Source: Strigamia acuminata
Lineage: Eukaryota
Length of the DNA: 64,000 nucleotides
Reading direction: 5' to 3'
Assembly: GCA_949358305.1 (NCBI GenBank)
Contig: OX442314.1
Span: forward strand, 12,958,001-13,022,000
The notes beneath the pieces were generated by a model, which had not been told where the DNA came from, ran no database searches, and saw only the letters and a list, made by a program, of their open reading frames with translations. This document shows positions 40,676-54,339 of this stretch, piece by piece; the stretch's first letter is position 1; every line of letters starts with the position of its first letter. The translations under genes and the position numbers were made by a program.

Positions 40676-41388
40676 ATGGAAAGCCGATTGGCAAAAGGTT
40701 TTTTCTCGGTCGCATGTGAAAATTTAGCTCGCAAACTGCTGGGTCAAGTTCTAGTGCGAATATTAGATGACGGTACTCGCCTAAGCGGAATCATAGTCGA
40801 GACAGAATGCTACTTAGGTGGAGAAGACAAAGCGTCCCATTCTCATAATGGTAAACGAACAGAACGTAACACTGCCATGTTCATGGACCCAGGAACCGCG
40901 TACGTTTACTTCGTCTACGGCATGTACCACTGCTTCAATATCTCGAGCGAAGGTAACGATTATAAACTCTTTTAATTCATTAAAAATATCAAATTTTCCA
41001 CTCTGCAGGTGACGGATCGGCCGTACTTATTCGCTCGTTACAACCGCTCGAAGGATTGGATCAAATGCAGGAATTTCGAAACGAACGACTCAAAAACAAG
41101 CGAGCGTTGAAATGCGATAAGTTATGCAACGGGCCGTCGAAACTGTGCATGTCTATGGCGATTACTAAAGATGTAGATCGGTGTGATTTGTCGAAGTGCG
41201 AATTTTTGTGGGTAGAAAAGGGTTGGGAAACACCGGACACGTGTATCGCTGTTGCGCCGCGGATCGGAATAAAATCCGCCGGTGCAGAATGGGCGGAAAA
41301 ACCGCTAAGATTTTATGTGCGAGGAAGTAAATATGTGAGCCAAAGATTAAAAGGTGAAATTGTTGTACCGGTTTCGTTATATTCATGA
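40676..41388 (+). CDS. MPG: DNA-3-methyladenine glycosylase (exons 40676..40952 and 41009..41388)
   Basis: LARKLLGQVLVR, GIIVETECYLGGEDKASHS, AYVYFVYGMYHCFNISS, AVLIR, LCNGPSKLC, PRIGI and PLRFY are AAG/MPG family motifs. Confidence 0.95.
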
Positions 41389-41408
41389 TTTATTTATTTG
41401 AGTAAAAA

Positions 41409-43855
41409 CTATGACCAATTCTTGGATTGCTTGTAAAACATCGAGACTGCGTCGTCTTCGTGTTCGCAAGTGATGAGGATTTCTCGGAATTTGTCCAGAA
41501 GAAATAAAAGTTGTGTGCGACGGATGTTTTCGTAATACATGATTTCTTCCAAGTGATATTTTCCACAAAAATAACGTCTAAGACTGAAATAAAGAGAGAA
41601 ATTGAATTTTTTAAATCGGTAATTTATTTGGGGTTGATTTTACCGATCAAAGAGACGGATGTCATCCGAACTTTCACTGTGTAAGCGTAAAAAAGAATTG
41701 GAAGTCGAAACTGGACTAGATAACGAGGAAACGCATGCGGGGAAGTTACTCCAACTTGTGTCGTCTATATCGATAGTCAAATCGAGTCGATTGCGACTCC
41801 ATTCGGAACTGCCTATTTAAAAAAAAAAAAAAAAATTAATTTGGAACAAAAAAATCTTTTTTTCAATTATGTTTACTCGATCCTCGCGATGGGGGCCGGG
41901 AAAGTGTAGATTCTTCCGTCGGTAGGTAGTAGACGTAGGTATGCAGTTGCATTAATAAATTATGTTGCAGCATCCAAATGATTATTTGAAGAAGCTGCGT
42001 CTAATATTGTAATTTACAAAAAATTCACTTTATCAATTACGTAAGAAGCATACTTGCTGATATGCCATGGAAGTTGGATTACCCCTCTGGCTCAGGGACA
42101 CTGGTAAGGAAAATTCAGCCATAACGACTAATAGATTAATGCCTGGAAATATTTCATTAAATTTCTCAACCAAACAAGAATCACTAAATAAAAAGAAAAA
42201 TCATTAATTTCACAATTAAAAATTAAAATCATTGAGAATAGACGATTAAATCACATGTGAGTTGGAGCGTGCGGTGAAAGTATATACACATTTGTTTCAC
42301 ACAAGGGATAAATAATAGTCGCTTTTGCCCAATAAATTAAATGACCGACGAGTCGAAAAACCTTGAAATTAAAAGAATTAATTATAATGCGTAAAGTCTC
42401 GATAAATTTATACCTGTGTAATCGATAAATCGGCATCAATAGCAAGTTCTTGCAAGCTTTTAAGCGGACTGGATGCTTGAATAATGCGTATTAGAGCTGG
42501 AGAGGCACCCAAAGGAAGACTAGATACAAAATTACACTCACTGACCAAAAGGAGGAGTGCGTGGTAAGGCCTGAAAATAAATTTATTAATCGTCTAATTT
42601 TAAATTTTGGCAATTTTGTTATTACTTTAACGAGTTTATGCATCTGTCCAGCGATTCTGGCTGTAAAAATAACAATTATTATTACTACTATGATGGTTTG
42701 TGATAATTTAGTTTATCATACATCCAATACGTATTCAGGGCTGTTGAAACTGTGAATGCGTTGAGGCAAACAAAAACTAATTTGAAGCCAGCGGTTGATG
42801 CGCATTTGAATCACTCCAGAAGAACATAACCTAAATTTCAAAAAGTTAAATGTAATTTAGTAAATCGCTTTGGTTGGAAATTTCTTACTCATCGTAAATG
42901 TATTTCAAATCTTTGGCGAGTTGACTACGATTCAATATAATGTCAAAAACGGATTCTTTAACTTTAAAAAAAAAATAAAAAATAAAAAAATTAGATTAAT
43001 ATTTTGCATTATTTAGTTTTTTTTATCACCGTCAGTTCGGCCGGAAATTTCATCGTGAGCTGCGAGCATAATTTTAGTTTCTTTACTTAAATGCCCACAA
43101 CGCCTTTCCTCGTGTCGTAAACACACTCCAAGACGATAACTGAGATCGTGGTAACAACGAACGACCGAATAACTTGCATTTGCCTTACAAAAAAACATAA
43201 ATTTTAGTTATCCAATTTTCGATATCCAAATTTTCAATTTAAAATCAAAAATTCTACTAACGGGAAGCGCAAACACAATGTGGAAAAGAATTAACGTGGA
43301 TGTGAGTCGTTTGGGCGAACATTGAGCAGATTGAAGCAAAGTTGGATGACCTACAAACCGAACATCGTTCACTTTTAATTCAAACTTCTGACGACTAAGC
43401 TGCGTCGTGACAGCAAACAAATTCGACAGCACTTTGTCGGAGAATCTAGTAAACAAAATCAACGTAAATACGAAATAAAACACGAATAAAATACTCTAAA
43501 TACCCAACTAATTGTCCATTACTGATGTTAGAAAATGGAGGTTGTCTGTGCAATTTAAAATCAAATTAAATTTGACAAATTAAAATCAAATTCCAATCAA
43601 TTCGACCATACCGCGTATTGTCCTCGGCGAACGAACTAACTAAAGCGTACGGCTTGATCCGTGCAGCTGGAAAACATAGAAAATATTGCAACTTAACTCA
43701 CGGGAAATTCCAAATCGAAAAATTCAGTTAACACCTGATGTAGTTTGCTTTTTAATCTCCCGGGTAATTTCAGAAAATGGGTATCGAAACAGTAGTCGAT
43801 CTCCCTTACTTCCATGCTTAACTAATATTATATTAACAGGATCAGTTTCCTTCAT
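41409..43855 (-). CDS. NPRL3: GATOR1 complex subunit NPRL3 (multi-exon)
   Basis: N-terminus [56 protein letters not shown]-terminus [33 protein letters not shown]. Confidence 0.95.
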
Positions 43856-44091
43856 AGTAAACGCGTTTCATCACCTCCCGCACGTGATAAGTAATCAATC
43901 AGAGATAAAAATAGGAAAAACAAACCGTATTTGTCATAGGTCAGATTTCGACACACGAGGGCGGGGCGAACAAGCGCAGTACTGTATGTGTTTTAACATG
44001 GAATTGGCCGAAGTTTCGTAAAGACATTTCAAGTTTAAAATCAGGATTGTCACACATCGAAATCGTATTTTTTTTAAATTCGTATTTATTT

Positions 44092-46002
44092 ATGTCAAGG
44101 GGAATGTCAAGCTCCAATACCGATCGAGATTATTACGGAGAAATGGAACAGAAATGTGATGCTGTGAGTTTGAAATGTGAGAAATTTAGACGATTTTAGA
44201 GCGAAATTAATTTTTTTTTAGGACGAGGAGGAGTCGTGGATCTCGGGGGAAGAGCTAATTACGGAAGATAGCACGGACGAAGAAGACGAGAAGTGTAAAA
44301 CGAAACCGAGTAAACAAAAAGGGAAAAAGGAATCGAGTGGACATTGCAAATTCGGACCGAAAACTACGACGCTTCCACCCATCAAACGAGAAAACGTGTC
44401 CATGTCTTCGACGGCTTCTGCTGACGTGAATTTCAACGACGAACAGGCTTCTTGGAGACCGAAAAGAGGCAGCATTAAATTGTCCGATCTTGAGGGCTAC
44501 CAACTGGTGCAAATGCGTGAAAATCAAGTGGGCGACGAATTGAATTCCAGTGGTAAAAATGTGGCACAAAACTGATATTGTACTCGCACTGAATTTGTAG
44601 TCGTGTTTGTGACGTGTTGCATATTGTAGCATTGGATTTTTTTTTTTTTTAATTTTATTTGTAGGAGATGGTTGCCAAGAGGATGAATTGTATTCCAATA
44701 ATGTGTCTGCTCTTAATCTTGAGTTTTTGAAAGATATAGAGTTAAATGATTTACATGATATTTTGAAAAAGTATTTAAATGAAGATGAGATTAGTATCTG
44801 CGATTATTTGTCGGATGATACTCAGTTAGTCCATCAAGATGCTCGTGATTTTGGTGGAATTTATTCGGATCTGGTGAATCGTGATCCGTCGTTGAATGAG
44901 ATTTTGGTGCGGATGAACTATTTGGATAAAATCTTGGACGAAAAGACTGAAAACGCTGATAAGTTTTTAAGTGATGGTGGGAAATCAAAATTAGTCGCTG
45001 CCAAACATGTGAAAGTAACTAAATGTTGTAAAAATAGTAAGTATTTATGGATATATGTTAAAGGATTTATATATTTGTATATGTTTAAAAAAAGTGATAA
45101 TTCCAGTACATTTAAGTAATCCGAGAAAAATGACTCGCTCTGTGTCGAGTTTTGTGAGTAAAAATAAACAAAAATCGTGCGTAAGAGCGATTAAGAGTGC
45201 AAACTTTCAAGAGATTAATATGGTAATTGTATACTTTTATTTTCGAGATGAAATTTTATGAGAATAAAAAATATATATTGTCAACTTTAGGATGATAATT
45301 CAAAACAAATTAAACTGAGTGGCGATCAAACACGACGTGTACGAGAGCTTCTCGCGGACGAAGCGCACGACGACGACGAAATCGTTAGATTGAATCCCGG
45401 CGAGGGTTATACGTTGAGTACGGAAGATTCTTTGGCCATGGATGCGATCGATTTAAAATTAAAGTCAATTTACGCCGATCAATCGACATCGCAAGTAAGT
45501 TTGTGTGATAAAAAAATTGAATTTCCTAATAAACAATAATATTTTTTTTATATTTTAAGAGAATGTGCAACATTGATATGCACCCGTTGCACGCCGAGTT
45601 GAAAGATATGGAATTGTTCGAAGAAAACAAATTGCTCCAAAGAATCGATTCGGAACTTAAAGTTATTCAACAGAATAAAAATAATAACGTAAGAATCGTG
45701 ATCCGAAAGTGTGAATTTCTCTTTTGAATTCTGTTTTGATTTGGTTTTATAGACTGAAAGTTCCGTTTCTATCGATGAGCTCAATCGATTGTTTCAATCT
45801 CTACGATCCGATTCACCCAGCTCTGAAGTGTCTAGGTAGCGTATAACATAAGAAGAGTATTCAAAAAAAAGCAAAACATGTGAATAAAATTGTAAATAAA
45901 ATTTTATTTAGGACTTGGGCCAATTCCAGTGAAAGAGATAATGACGAAACAAATTCGCCATTAAAATCAAATTTGGAAACAATCTCAGTTGAGTTGAATT
46001 AA
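44092..46002 (+). CDS. FSIP1: FSIP1-like acidic/coiled-coil protein (multi-exon; last exon uncertain, alternative stop at ~45839)
   Basis: Spliced segments DPSLNEILVRMNYLDKILDEK, RRVRELLAD...GEGYTLSTEDSLAMDAIDLKLK and LLQRIDSELK resemble the conserved blocks of fibrous sheath-interacting protein 1; consistent GT-AG exon chain. Confidence 0.65.
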
Positions 46003-49000
46003 GATGCAAAATACGATACAATGCCGTCGTTTGTAGCTGTAACGAGCTGTGAAATAAATATTTTTTTTTACTTCAAAAAGAATCTTTATAAATGTGCAAG
46101 GTGTTTACTTTAAAATCGAATTAAATTTTACAATTTTATTCACTTTAAAGTAAACACCCTGGTATTTTGACGTACAGTTGGTTCATCTGGTTTGTAAACA
46201 ACATCAGTAACCACATCTGAATGACCAGTCAATTTATTTACGTAAGCACCACCACGTAGATCAAATATGTAAGCCTGTGGATAGAGAAGAAGAAAATATT
46301 TTTTTGAAGTAAGGAGAGTGTTAGTGAGCCCTACGGATTTGTCTTCGGATCCACAAGCAAAATAACGAGCACATGGACTAAAACGCAATCCACAATGAAA
46401 AGCTCTATTCATATTTCCAATGAACCTCTGAACACATCTAAAAATATTCGTATTGCTGTTTTTAATGCATCAGTGATGTAACTACTTCAGGGCCTGATGA
46501 TGGCCCAAAAGTTGTGGTTTTTTCCACAAAAAATAAGACAAGGTTTTTTTTTCATGAAAGATTTTTTTATGAGAATTCTGATTTTGTCATGAAAATTCTG
46601 ATTTTTTCATGAAAATTCTGATTTTTTCATGAAAATTCTGATTTTTTCATGAAAATTCTGATTTTTTCATGAAAATTCTGATTTTTTCATGAAAATTCTG
46701 ATTTTTTCATGAAAATTCTGATTTTTTCATGAAAATTCTGATTTTTTCATGAAAATTCTGATTTTTTTTATGAAAATTCTGATTTTTTCATAAAAATTCT
46801 GATTTTTCATGAAAATTCTGATTTTTTCATGAAAATTCTGATTTTTTCATAAAAATTTTGATTTCTTCATGAAAATTCTGAATTTTTTAAAATGAAAATC
46901 TGCTTAAGAAATTTGAAGCAGTAGCTACACCACTTATATGTATTTAATGGTTGGTATTTTATTGTATTCACCTGTTACTACGTAAATCCCATAATTTAAT
47001 GTTATCACCAACGGCTGTAGTAAGAAACATGTTGTATGCAGAAGGATGTTGAGCAGCAAATGCGGATCCTGAATTTAAGCAAATTTTATAAGGTGGTTTG
47101 GTGTGTACATCAAACACCTGCTGAACTACACTGCCCACATTCATGTCAAAAATACGCACAGATCTGTCCGAGCATGCACAAAGTACCAAATCTTGGTATT
47201 AAAATTAAGTAAAACAAACTTTACAACCTTTTTCCAGCAAAAAACAACAAGGATACAAGAATAAAACTGATTTATAGCCGCTGTGTGAAGAATTTGCTGA
47301 GCCGACACTGGAAATTCTTTGACTAATTTATACCGACCACGAAAACGAAATCTAAATAAAATAAATCCAATAAAACAATCAATTTACAATGATTTATCGT
47401 ATACACTACTTGGTTAAATTGCTTTTCGAGGGTTCCAAATTATATTTGTAAAGATAGAGACTGTTGCCAGACGTCAACAAGATGAATTTGTCCATGTAAA
47501 AAAATTGGGCATGTTTGATTTCCTTGGTAAACAATGGTTCTTTCTACATGCTTAAAGTAATTTTACAAAAACAACAAAAAAGATATTCCGACTTTTAGTT
47601 ATTACCACATTGTGGACTTCAGCTATATTCTTGAGTACAGGCTGACTTTTTAATATAGCCTGAATGTCCATAACCATCGAATGGTTCTTCCATGACCACA
47701 ATTTTGCCGTTTTATCGTCAGAAGCAGTCAGGATACAGGACCCATCTAAATTGTAACTGATACAGTTGACGGTCGCATTGTGTCCTGCCAGATTCAAAAT
47801 TTTCCCGTTATTTTTAATTATATGGGCGGAATTTAAACTTGTTGCACATGCTAAAGTCTTTCCATTTCCTATAAAAAAAATTAAAACAAATTAAAACAAA
47901 TTAAAACATCAATTTTTAAATTTTCAAATAAAAATTCTATTTGCCTGAATAGTCAATGGAAGTAATGCTAGCAGTTTGATTCATAACGCGAATAGTTTGT
48001 GATAAATGCGACGGAGGATCGTTATATGTGGCGTAACCTTCAGTCAGTCTGTTTAAGAATTAAAAAAACATTTAAAACGATCACGATATTTAAAAAATAA
48101 TACTTTTTTTTTTTACTTTGTAATAAGTTTAGTCGTTGATTTAGGCTTAATAGATGGGCTTGAAGGTGGTGCTGACTTGGGACAACGCGCAGTCGACCAT
48201 CCTGAATGCCCGGGTGACTTAATCCGTGCATGGCCGTGACAACTATGAAGTAGATTCAATTTCGACTCTTTACTCTTGGTTCGTGATAATTTAGAAAGCA
48301 ATTCTAAAAGAAATAAAAATTTAGTCATCAAAAAATAATTAATAAAATAATTTAATACCCTTGGACGATTTTTTTGCAATAACTCTCTTATCTTGCCTCG
48401 TGAATGTCGAACGAAGTGGCGATGCTTGATGAAGCGGTTCACTGTACGGAAAATTAATTACAGAGCGATGTTACCATGGAGATCGATGTATAATAACGTA
48501 CCAAGCTATAAGCGACAACTTGACCGGCTCCCCGTCTCGCGATGAAGCAATACAGCTTTTGTTTTCTTCCAATGTCAACCTCGCCATTTTCATTTCTAAT
48601 GGCGAAAATGCAGGAAAGTTCTCTTGCATGGACTCCGATGTTATGCTAATTACGCCGATGTAAACAGCGCTGGTAAACAAACTTTTAATAACGCACCACA
48701 CCTAAAAATATATATTTTTTAAAAATGTTACAACATATTTCTATTTAATCCTATTCAAATCTACTTTGTTTTCTGAAGAAACACAAGGACAGAACGAAAC
48801 GGTGCCGGCCAAACCCACAATTTCAGATGATCCTATAGAAATATTCATTAAAATAAATAGTATTCATTTTTATAATAAAAATATTATTATTATTTTGCCT
48901 TGAATAAGTGTATCCTTTTCGTTCTGTAAATTGGCGATCAAATCGATTTCCAATGTGCGCAAATTCAAGCTGACAATTGCAGTTGTCATGCCAATTAGAA

Positions 49001-50956
49001 GTGTCGGTGCCGGTGACATTATAGCACTGAAATTGCCCTCGTGCCAAGGATGGATCGACGTATCGCTTAAACTCAGTTGACCGTTCACAGGTTTCTGAAA
49101 ATGGAAGCCCAAAATGGCCCAACCAGGTTCGACCTGACTATCGTTTTCCTGACGAAAAGTTGCATCAGGCGGCAAGAGTTTGTCGTGTGGAAGTCGGGGT
49201 TTTCCGAATAAAATATTCGTTGACTCTGTAATCATTTAGAAACAATATTAAGTTTTAATTTACATGGATAATAATTTTTTTAAAAAATGAGAGATTCAAC
49301 CGTAAGAATGGAATCCATTGCTTTCTACGTGATTTGTAGAATTAAAACACGCTCCCGTGGATTTAGCAACATCCAAAGATGCCAACTCTCGATATTGACT
49401 GCCCGGCGACAAATCATGAATCCAAATATGGCCATCCATACTTCCCATTACAAACTGTGGTGATACAATATCGCATGCTAAATTTACAATTGGCGAGCCT
49501 GTTAGAATGTTGGATTTGTGTAGTAAAGATAGTTTATAGGTATCCCAAATCTGTGATTGAAAAAAAAAATTCGAAAATTTAAATCAATAAATAACGACGA
49601 GTTTCTTATAACATTCACGAACTCGCCATAAATGTTCGATCTTCGGAAACACTTATGAGAAGTTCGGGTTGATGATAACATCCGGAAACTGCAGTGACTT
49701 TGGCTAAATGTCCTTCAAATGTTGCAATATGAACTATATTCTAAATCAAAAACATTAAAAAACAGTTTTTATACATTTCAGCGTACGATTTACTTTATAT
49801 AAGTAAATTTCTCGATCCACTACAAGAACTAATATCCTATCGTTGAACACAAAACAAGCAAAATGAACTTGACCCGGACTCCGAATTTGCGCTTGACATT
49901 TAGGTAATAAAGCTAAAAAAAATAATATGTAAAAAATAAATAAAATAAAAAATAATTTTATTAAATAAATATTATCAAAATTCATACTGGAATGACCAAA
50001 TTCCGGTTCTTCAGACGAACTGCCAAAATTCCATAAAATCACCCAATCTTCTGCGCACGAACATAACAATTTTGGAATTGTTCCAATGCTTAAACTTATT
50101 GCTGTAATGGACCAGGCGTGACCGTAAAGTATTAAAGGCTGTAACAATAAAAGACATATTTTTAACATTTTATTTTATTTTCTATACCGTAAATGCTCTT
50201 ACAGAACACTATCAAGTGTATTTTGCACGTAAAAAGAGCATTTTGCATATGAAAAGTGCATTTTGTCCATAAAAAGTGCATTTTGCACATAAAAAGTGCA
50301 TTTTGCACATAAAAAGTGCATTTGCACATGAAAGGTGCATTTTGCACATAAAAAGTGCATTTTGCAACTTAAAATGCATTTTGCAACTTAAAATGCATTT
50401 TGTAACTTAAAATGCATTTTTGGCACTTAAAAAATAGATTTTTGAACTTGGAAAATGCATTTTTGCACTTTGCAGCCACGTTGTAAAAGGATACCATGTT
50501 CAATCAGTATCCCGCGTTCAATGAAAGCATTTTACGGTATTTTTAATTAAATTATTTAATATTTATTTTCATACATCTTGTGTTAGATTATCCAAATTCC
50601 ACAGACCCAATGCACCGCGATGTTGGCATGGGATTACTAGATATTTACCATCACAAGCTGGCGAAAAATTGTGCATTGCAAACGACACTTGCAACACTTG
50701 GATCCATTTAATTTTACAGTCAGAACTGTCCACTTCTTGATTTCCAGTTGAAACCATTTCACTGCAAAAGCAATTCAACAAATTTATTTTTTAGTAAATG
50801 TCGAAAATTCTAAGATATGAGGCCAACAAACCTGTCCATTTTTTTCAGCTTTTATCTTTTCCACCCTTTGTTAATTTAAATTTTCTTCTTATTTCATTCT
50901 CGACATTGGCAAATACGGTAATCGTTATTAACTTACAAACCTTTGAATTCAATCAT
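45999..50956 (-). CDS. WDR27: WD repeat-containing protein 27 (multi-exon)
   Basis: C-terminal blades AYNMFLTTAVGDNIKLWDLRS, CGLRFSPCARYFACGSEDKS, LTGHSDVVTDVVY and LVTATNDG match WDR27; also HAWSITAISL and LAGHNATVNCISY WD repeats. The start exon is tentative. Confidence 0.88.
46570..46882. repeat. 20-bp tandem repeat (catgaaaattctgatttttt), ~15 copies, in a WDR27 intron
   Basis: Near-perfect consecutive copies. Confidence 0.95.
50215..50470. repeat. ~18-20-bp tandem repeat (gcattttgcacataaaaagt) in a WDR27 intron
   Basis: About 12 degenerate copies. Confidence 0.9.
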
Positions 50957-50974
50957 AACATTTTGGCATCGTTC

Positions 50975-50988
50975 GTCGTCATGGTAAC
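50975..50988 (+). promoter_or_regulatory. X-box (RFX) motif at the WDR27/PPP2R3C divergent promoter
   Basis: GTCGTCATGGTAAC matches GTHNYY-AT-RRNAAC, just upstream of the WDR27 start. Confidence 0.5.
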
Positions 50989-51294
50989 CATCAACTGCTA
51001 CCTGTTATCAGTTTGTACAACTAGCAAGCAGCTACGCGCAGAAATAAACCTCAACCAAACTTTTCAACTTTTTTTCTAGGAAATCAAAAAATAAAACAAA
51101 TAAAGAAAATAAGAAAAATTTTTTTGCAGATTTTTTGAAAGCACTAAAGATTGAAAATCTTTTTTTATACAAAAATTTATATGCAAGTTGATAATTCATC
51201 GCGCACTTTCCTTCCGCTAGAATGCTTTTGAATGTTTGATGATGGCGACCGATGTGAGCAACAAAACCAAACAAACAAAATAAAAACATAAAAT

Positions 51295-53236
51295 ATGGAT
51301 CTGATAAAGTGTTTAAGAGATTATAATAAGCGGAAAGGTAATGTATGCTCCAAAATAATAATGCTAAAATAATTCCGCGATCAATTTTCGCAGCTAAGGA
51401 ATCGGATCATTGCAAAGACATAAAGATTGACGAAGATGACAAGTTATTTACAAAATATTACACCGAATGGAAACAAGAGATAACAAAAAATGACAAGTCC
51501 TATCAAATGATCCCGAGATTTTACTTCAAGGTACGATTATATTTTGATTCGAATTTATTAACTCTATAATCCTGTCATCAACAGTTGCCTGGAGAAGAAG
51601 ATATCATGTTACAAAAATTAAGGGAAGAAACTCGGTAAAAAATAAGATAAAAATATATTTAAAAATGACACAATTTATCTGGTTCTTGTTTCCAGTGCGG
51701 CGTTTTTACAGCGCAAAAGTAAAGAACTCCTTGAAAATGAAGAATTAAAGGTAAATCCGGGTAAATTTGAATTTGAAAATATCTAATCGTTATTGAATTC
51801 ATAAAAATTAAGAATTTATGGATACTATTGGATAACTATCACACACCACCTCAAAGTGGAGATGAACAAATGATAGATTATGACGATTTTATGAAGGTTT
51901 CTGAAGAAGCAGGGCCGAAGTGCAAGTAAGAGTGGGATATATTTGACTCTAATATATTTATTTATGAATATTTTTTCGTTTTTTAACCAGACAATATTTC
52001 AAAGCTAAAGTATTTGGAAAGATATACCAAAACGACGCGTACGGACGGATTTCTATAATGCAATTTTTCAATTACGTCATGAGGAAAGTTTGGTTAAATC
52101 AGACGAGAATTGGTTTGTCGTTATTCGACGTTGCGGGACAAGGACATCTTAGAGAAACGGTAAAATGATAAAAATTGAAAAAACTATCTTCTTATATATA
52201 TTTGTTTTTAAAATTAGGATTTAGAAAATTACATCTCTGAATTAATTCCAACTCTGCCCCAACTTGGCGGATTAGAAAAATCGTTCCATTCGTTTTATGT
52301 GTGCACCGCAGTTCGTAAGTTTTTCTTCTTTCTCGATCCATTACGGACGGGAAAAGTGAAAATACGCGACATATTGGCGTGCAGTTTTTTGGACGATTTG
52401 CTGGAATTAAGGGACGAAGATTTGCCGAAAAACATCCAGGAATCGAATTGGTTTTCGGCCCCATCAGCATTAAGAGTTTACGGCCAATATTTGAATTTGG
52501 ATAAAGACCATAACGGAATGTTGAGTAAAGAGGAATTAGCCAGGTAAATTAAATATTTTGTAGAATAATTATGATAATTAATTACACATTTTTAGATTCG
52601 GGACGGGTTTATTAACGCCGGTATTTATTGACCGAGTTTTCCAAGAATGTCTCACATTCGACGGTGAAATGGTAAATCGTTTTCAAATTTAATAAAAACT
52701 GTAATAAACATGAATTTTTTTAATTTTTAGGACTACAAAACGTACCTCGATTTCGTTCTGGCATTAGAAAACAGAAGAGATCCGCAAGCATTACAATATT
52801 TATTCCGAATTTTGGATATCGAAGGAAAGGGCTACCTCAATGTATTTGCACTTAATTTCTTTTTCAGGGTAAATTAAATTATAAATCAAAAAATATTCGA
52901 GGGTTTTCACTTTATATTTGCTCTTGTTGTGGTATTTTAGGCAATACAAGAACAAATGCAAATACAAGGACAAGATCCTGTTTTTTTTGCTGATGTTAAA
53001 GACGAGATCTTTGATATGGTGAAACCCAAAGATCCTTTAAAAATAACACTTCAGGATTTGATTGAATGGTAAATATGAATGTTATCGATGCAATTTTAAT
53101 TATAATGTAAATTTATTTTTAATCAAGTGGGCATGGAGACACCGTTGTGAGTATTTTGATCGATTTGAATGGATTTTGGTCGTACGAAAATAGGGGTTCC
53201 TCGTTACCCGAAGCTTCGGACGAAGCAGAAATTTAA
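51295..53236 (+). CDS. PPP2R3C: PP2A regulatory subunit B'' gamma (multi-exon)
   Basis: LFTKYYTEWK, IPRFYFK, LQKLREETRAAFLQRKSKELLENEEL, CTAVRKFFFFLDPLRTGKVKIRDILACSFLDDLLELRDE, SALRVYGQYLNLDKDHNGMLSKEEL, LIDLNGFWSYENR. Confidence 0.96.
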
Positions 53237-53509
53237 AATTGGCAGTTTGGATTTCAAATACGATGAAATTAAATTCACACATTTAATGTCCACAAATTAT
53301 TATTTTTGTATTTTACATGAACAAACAAAAATATGTATAATTATATATATATATAAATATAACAATAAATGTTATCAAATAAAGCAATTTTAGTGTAATT
53401 CCCGCTGTGAAAAATGGCTTTATTTAAATAACGTGTCGTTTGTAAAGAAGAAATCATAATATCAAGTCTAGCACGATACTTGGAATGACATGTTACGTAT
53501 TCAGAAAAC

Positions 53510-54148
53510 TTATTCTAATGAATTCAACATAAGTAATTGCTTCAAGACTTTAGTTTGACTCGTTTCGCGGATTTCACCGGCCAAAAACATTTCGTCAACA
53601 ACACTGTAAACCTAATAAATAAAAACGTATACGGGTAATTAATTTCAAATAATGATATCTCGAATTACTCTCGAGTTATCTACCTTGTAAAAATTGAAAA
53701 CTAGATCCAATTCGCACACATTGTGGAAATATTCATTCAAAACTTCGACGAAATTATGGATCGCCTCCAAATATGCCAAATTATTGTCGTTAATATCGAC
53801 ACAGATGCAGAAATACAATCCGGCATATCGTCGGTAAACGATTTTGAAATTGCGAAACTGAAAAATTAACCTCTCAATAGTTAACCTCAGCGTTAGAAAA
53901 TAATCGTATCGGATCTAACCTCGACGAAATTCGTGTGTTTGGCATCTCGCACAGTGACAACTGCGTGAACTTCTTCGATCAACTTCTGTTTCTCGTCATC
54001 GTCGAAATTCATGTACCATTTTGCCAGACGAGTCTTTCCGGCTCGATTTTGGATTAATATGAACCGAATCTAAACGATTATAAAAAAGTTCATTAATTAA
54101 TTTTTAACGTGCACGAAAACGACAAACTCTTAATTAAACACGAACCAT
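53510..54148 (-). CDS. AP2S1: AP-2 complex subunit sigma (4 exons; ATG-only first coding exon)
   Basis: Spliced product [67 protein letters not shown]...[22 protein letters not shown]. Confidence 0.97.
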
Positions 54149-54339
54149 TTAAAAGTGTACGCGAAATCCGGCGAAATCTGATGCTGAAGGATGTAACACG
54201 AGACACAAGTCCGCCAAGCGATAACAAGACGAAGTGAAATGTTGTCGATTGGTGGCGCATCGAATGCTTTGATTTTCTAGTGACCACGTGCTGTTTGTGT
54301 CTTTCATTTATTTGTATTAAAAACATATAAATAACCGGG

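Noticed and set aside
43856..46002. Globin gene next to NPRL3
   Set aside because: The adjacent gene is acidic and FSIP1-like, with no globin motifs.
46570..46882. Possible CRISPR-like array
   Set aside because: Head-to-tail minisatellite with no unique spacers, in a eukaryotic intron, with no cas genes.
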